Assembly: GCF_006345805.1 (NCBI RefSeq) | Contig: NW_021836792.1 | Location: 1-23,019 of the forward strand | Direction: 5' to 3' | Length of the DNA: 23,019 nucleotides | Source of the DNA: Octopus sinensis | Taxonomy: Eukaryota | In this document: piece by piece, positions 18,750-23,019 of the stretch | Layout of the letters: each line of letters starts with the position of its first letter | How positions within the stretch are numbered: the first letter of the stretch is position 1 | The notes under the pieces: model-generated | Told to the model about the DNA's origin: nothing | Seen by the model: only the letters and a program-made list of their open reading frames with translations | The model's database searches: none | Position numbers and translations under genes: made by a program

Positions 18750-19230
18750 TATATATGTATTTGTATGTATGCATATATATATATGTATTTGTAGTATGCA
18801 TATATATATATGTATTTGTATGTATGCATATATATATGTATTTGTATGTATGCATATATATATATATGTTTTGTATGTATGCATATATATATGTATTTGT
18901 ATGTATGCATATATATGTATGTATGTATGTATATATATATATATGTATGTATTTGTATGTATGCATATATATATATATATGTATGTATTTGTATGTATGC
19001 ATATATATATATGTATGTATTTGTATGTATGCATATATATATGTATGTATTTGTATGTATGCATATATATATATGTATGTATGTATTTGTATGTATGCTA
19101 TATATGTATGTATTTGTATGTATGCATATATATATATGTATGTATATATATATATGTATGTATGTATGTATGTATTGTATGTATGCATATATATATGTAT
19201 GTATATATATATATATGTATGTATGTAATG

Positions 19231-19268
<38 letters not shown>

Positions 19269-19312
19269 TATCTATATATATATAAAAATATATGTGTATA
19301 TAATATATATAT
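18175..19312. repeat. ~1.14-kb compound mini/microsatellite with higher-order unit TATGTATTTGTATGTATGCA(TA)n
   Basis: The unit recurs dozens of times with variable TA/TATG counts. All I/Y/M/C/H-rich ORFs here are artefacts. Confidence 0.95.
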
Positions 19313-19780
19313 TACTTCCGGTTTTCGAAGAGGAAAGACGCGTTTGCTTTTGCTCTGTGAAAAAACAAAAAGGTTTGCATAAATCGACGAAATAATCTAC
19401 TAAAACTAACAAAACGTAGAACTTGTTAACTCATAACGATCTACTAAAATACATTAATTAAAAATATATTAATTAAAAACGTGATATATTTCGCTTGAAG
19501 CCAAATATAATACATTAAAGTTAGTTACGCATGCTAGATTCTTCGCCGAAAAAGCACATGGTGGCAAGTCTTTAATTTATCTCCAGCCAAATGTAAGAAG
19601 GAAAAAGAATTGTTCTCTTTTCTGTTTTGAAAGAAAACTTCTTCATACAAGCACGAGGGTTTGGGCTGTACCTTTTACAATAAGTATCGTTTTCATTTGT
19701 TTGTTTATTATTCTTTTATTTTCCTTTAATGTAAGCTAACATCTCAGTTACGATTTACGACGCCATTTTTGTTTACATTC
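19313..19780. promoter_or_regulatory. CpG-retaining, promoter-like segment (ETS- and YY1-type motifs)
   Basis: About 18 CpGs counted in ~470 bp of AT-rich DNA. ACTTCCGG at 19314, ACGCGT at 19338 and CGCCATTTTT at 19761. No TSS evidence. Confidence 0.3.
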
Positions 19781-19827
19781 TGAGAATAACTTTCTTTCAA
19801 TTTCTGTTTCGCTTTCAATCTATCTTT

Positions 19828-20057
19828 CATTTCATCTCTATAAAACCAATATTTAAAAATTCTTTTCATTTGTTTATTTTCCTGTAGTTTAAGTTAACAT
19901 TTGAGCTACGACTGAGTTAGAAATATAATCGTAATTTTATTGTAATTTTATTATAATTTCATTTTATTTCTATAAAACTAATATTTAAAAATCTTTTACA
20001 TTTGTTTATTTTCCTGTAATTTAAGCAAACGACTGAGTTAGAAATATAATCATAATT
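19828..20057 (+). repeat. Imperfect tandem duplication, period ~132 bp (19828-19936 / 19960-20057)
   Basis: CTATAAAAC.AATATTTAAAAAT...CATTTGTTTATTTTCCTGTA.TTTAAG...ACGACTGAGTTAGAAATATAATC occurs twice. A weaker third copy lies at ~19693-19755. Confidence 0.85.
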
Positions 20058-20698
20058 AGTTAGAATTATATACTTCTTTCATTTCCTCATCTCTTCTACC
20101 TCTCTCTCTCCCCTTACATATATTCCCCCACTTCCAGCTCCTTTCTCCTTCCTTTATCTCTCTTTACGCTTACTCTTTCCCTCTCTCTTGCATATCTACT
20201 CTTTTTCTCATCTCTCTCCCTCCCTTTCATATCCTCTTCTTCTCTCATTTCTCTTTCCTTCCATCTCACATCTATCTCTCCTGTCATACTCTCACCCTCT
20301 CTCTCATATACTTCTCATTCACCCATTCTTCTCACTCCGTCTCTCACTCTCTCACATCCTTCATCCTGTCTCTCTTTCTCTTGCTATCCTCTCCCTCCCT
20401 TCTTGTTTCTCTTTCCTTCCCCTCTCTTCACTCTGCCTCTCTTTCTCTTTGACTCTTCTCCATCACTCTGTCTCTCCTTCTATTCACCTCCTCTCCCCCT
20501 CCCCTACCTCCCTCTATCTCTTAACAACCCACACCCTTTGCTTTCCTCCTATCACCCTCATGATTTCTTTCATAGAATCTATCTTCCTTAATCTCCCTCT
20601 CTTTCCCTATTTCCCCCTCTGTGTTTCTCCGTCTCTACCTCTCTCTATCGCTCATTACCTCTCTAGCCTCTACTCCCCCTCTGGACTTCAAAACAAAG

Positions 20699-21487
20699 AT
20701 GGCACCAAAGTGGGAAAAGAAAGAGTTAAATCTTCTGCTAAGAGCATGGACGATTGCTTGTGGTGATCTGCCGAACAACATCATCACTGCCGTGCTAAAG
20801 AACAATGGATTTCATAGACCCATTGACCAAATAGAACCAAAAAAAGGTGAATTTATCTGGTCTTACATGCTTATAAGACCACACATCAAAATATTGGATA
20901 GCATAATTGAAAATTATTGTGGCAAGGCTGATGAGGATGAAGAGGACGAAAAAGAGAAGGAAGCCGGAAGTCTCTGTGATCCAGGGGTTCCTCAGGAAAA
21001 TGGATCACCTACCCCGGTGAATGACCAGGTAGTGAAGGATAGGGAAGCCAAGGGAGCAGAAACTGGAAGCCCCCCTGTACCAGTGGTCCTACAAAGAAAT
21101 GAGAAATTAGAAAAAGAGAAGAAAAAAGGAAGGTCCAAAAACAAAAATAAGGAGAGAAAGGAAGGAAATGGAAAAACAACCAAAGCTGAAACCCCAACCC
21201 ATCACACAAACAGCAGAGAACCCCATGGAGGATTCAATGCCACCCAGTACACTTCAGGAAAGAAGAAATCTGGAAGGCACAGAAGAACCTGTAAATTCTA
21301 CTTGCAGGGCAAATGTTGGCATGGGGAGGATGGTAAAAACTGCCGATTCGCCCACCCGACACCCCGCCAAAACTTCAGGGGACTCAAAGAGAAGAGCTTT
21401 ACTGAGGGAAGACAAGAAATGTCTCCCAGGAAAACATTCAGAAAAGAATTGTGCTCCTCAGATGTTCTGCACAATGCAGCAGCTTAG
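20699..21487 (+). CDS. LINE ORF1-like protein (262 aa in this frame; acidic and basic tracts; CCCH zinc finger); C-terminus frameshifted
   Basis: ATG at 20699 (MAPKWEKKELN...). CKFYLQGKCWHGEDGKNCRFAH fits C-x7-C-x8-C-x3-H, and degenerate further fingers follow. Confidence 0.7.
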   Translation: MAPKWEKKELNLLLRAWTIACGDLPNNIITAVLKNNGFHRPIDQIEPKKGEFIWSYMLIRPHIKILDSIIENYCGKADEDEEDEKEKEAGSLCDPGVPQENGSPTPVNDQVVKDREAKGAETGSPPVPVVLQRNEKLEKEKKKGRSKNKNKERKEGNGKTTKAETPTHHTNSREPHGGFNATQYTSGKKKSGRHRRTCKFYLQGKCWHGEDGKNCRFAHPTPRQNFRGLKEKSFTEGRQEMSPRKTFRKELCSSDVLHNAAA

Positions 21488-21606
21488 CAAGAGTCTTTTT
21501 TGTGCATGGCACAAAGGATTGTCCAGCAGCTAACCTGGCTACACCAAGCACAGAGAAGAAACCCTGCCCACCACTATGCAAGACCACCACAGTCAACAGA
21601 CACGGG

Positions 21607-23019
21607 ATGGCCTCCCCTAACGCCTGCACAGCCGTCACCCCAATACTTTTACTAAATATTGGGGGTCTGTTGTATCAAAATAGAAACAAAATTTCTTTCC
21701 TGAGAGATCTTACTGCATGCAATCAAGCCCTATACATAACACTCGTGGAAACTCACCTCAGACCTGATATAGAGGATGCAGAAGTACACGCACCAAACTA
21801 TACCATACTGCAAACAGACAAGGGAAAGGAGCCATGGTGGAGTTGCTGTATACATCCGAGATGACATACTCAAATTTGGTATGTGACACTTTAATTGTAT
21901 ACATAAGACAACATAATATAGTCATATGCAATACATATTGCCCACCAGATGCCCCAAATCACATAGGCAAGTTTGAAGATTGCCTCACAAGAATTAAAGA
22001 AATCCTCATGAATCTGGAACACCACGTGACCATATTTCTTATGGGTGATTTCAACTTCCCCAACGTCAAATGGCCCGAAGGTCTCATACTCTCAGGAATG
22101 AATCATTGCAAGCAAGTACAGGTGGAGTCCCTGCTCAACCTCACCAATGCCTTATTCATGGAGCAAGTTGTACTCAAGCCAACTAGGGCGAATAACATTC
22201 TGGATCTCTGCTTCATGAACAATATGGACATCATTCATGATGTGAAAGTGACACCAACATTAGTTTCGGATCACAACATAACAGAGCTGTCTATGTTTGG
22301 GCCGAAAGTAACCAGAGACATACAGTCTAAAGGAAGCACCCAAAATCTCTCCAATCTAAACTTCCACAAAGCAGATTGGAAATCGATCCAAAAAGAGACC
22401 CTCAGAGAGGACTGGCCGGAATGTCTCTCCATACCAGACATTGACATGAAACTAGAATGTTTCATGTCTTCTGTGCAAGCCGTATACCAGAAATATGTCT
22501 CAGAGTACAAGGCCAAAACAAATAGGAGCAAGATTCCAAGAGACAGGAAGATCCTCATGAGATGACGGATGAAGGTTGCAAATAATCTCAACCAACATCC
22601 CAAAAGTAGCGAAATGTCCCACCTAAAAACAACACTGATGGAGATTGAAAAAAGGCTGCAACAATCCTATGTGAGGGAGAAAGCAGACAAAGAAGCCTGG
22701 ATTGTAAAAAACATTAAATCAAACCCAAAGGCCTTCTTTCATTACACGAAAGAAACAGTCTCAGTGCACTGCAAGATAGGACCCCTCCTCCAAAAGGATG
22801 GCTCCCTCACAGACAGTCAACTAAGATCAGTGAGATGCTGAATGACCAGTTCAAAAGTGTCTTTACCACCCCGTTGGAACACAGACAAGTGAACAAACCA
22901 GTGGACTTCTTTGCCGTCTCACCTATAACCAGCGAGGCAGTTACAATAGAATGTATTGACATTAGCGAAGATGTCCTACTAGTCATAGATGAAGTGGACA
23001 CAAACGCAACTACTGGTCA
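21607..23019 (+). pseudogene. LINE ORF2 apurinic-like endonuclease and linker, several frameshifts
   Basis: APE motifs LLLNIGGL, VETHL, GRSHGGVAVY (after a frameshift), TYCPP, GDFNFP, NILDLCF and SDHN. The linker contains NFHKADW, IPRDRKILMR and IKSNPKAFFHY...IGPL. Confidence 0.9.

Larger units (their letters stand above)
20075..23019 (+). mobile_element. CR1/L2-group LINE, 5' portion (CT-rich leader, CCCH-finger ORF1, ORF2 APE endonuclease), frameshifted, continuing past the window end
   Basis: Polypyrimidine leader 20075-20680, then ORF1 and ORF2 as listed in the next two features. The RT domain is not reached within the window. Confidence 0.88.

Noticed and set aside
18048-19395. Long ORFs (up to 376 aa) rich in I/Y/M/C/H/V
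   Set aside because: They are translations of the TA/TATG minisatellite, which is stop-poor by composition.
20928-20952. CTGATGA...GACGAAA in LINE ORF1
   Set aside because: No stem II; it simply encodes the acidic run ADEDEEDEK.

Overview
Eukaryotic, AT-rich, repeat-dense genomic DNA. The SINE families and TA/TATG microsatellites look like octopus (Octopus-like coleoid cephalopod); this is recalled from known repeats, not verified by a search. The only host-gene sequence I can support is two + strand coding exons of a GDP-fucose transporter (SLC35C1): 3603-3663 and 12425-12565, separated by an 8.76-kb intron. The exons before and after these appear to lie outside the window, so most of it is probably intronic. 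The rest is layered transposon debris: three mariner remnants, two R4/Dong-like LINE remnants, a young 5'-truncated CR1 3' end, the 5' part of a CR1-type LINE with a CCCH-finger ORF1 and APE endonuclease, Gypsy and possible BEL integrase remnants, three Penelope-like (PLE) remnants, many SINEs and a ~1.1-kb compound minisatellite. Most ORFs in the supplied track are artefacts of low-complexity DNA. The main unexplained signal is a set of hammerhead-ribozyme (HHR) folds from four unrelated repeat types. (i) A tandem pair of canonical type-I HHRs in ~230-bp direct repeats, with predicted cleavage sites 364 nt apart and in the host gene's sense orientation (retrozyme/pLTR-like). (ii) A minimal HHR with a variant CUGUUGA core at a PLE 3' end. 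(iii) A foldback element carrying a CUGAUGC HHR-like fold in each arm. (iv) A decayed HHR downstream of a tRNA-like Pol III head. All structures were folded by eye; none has been tested.
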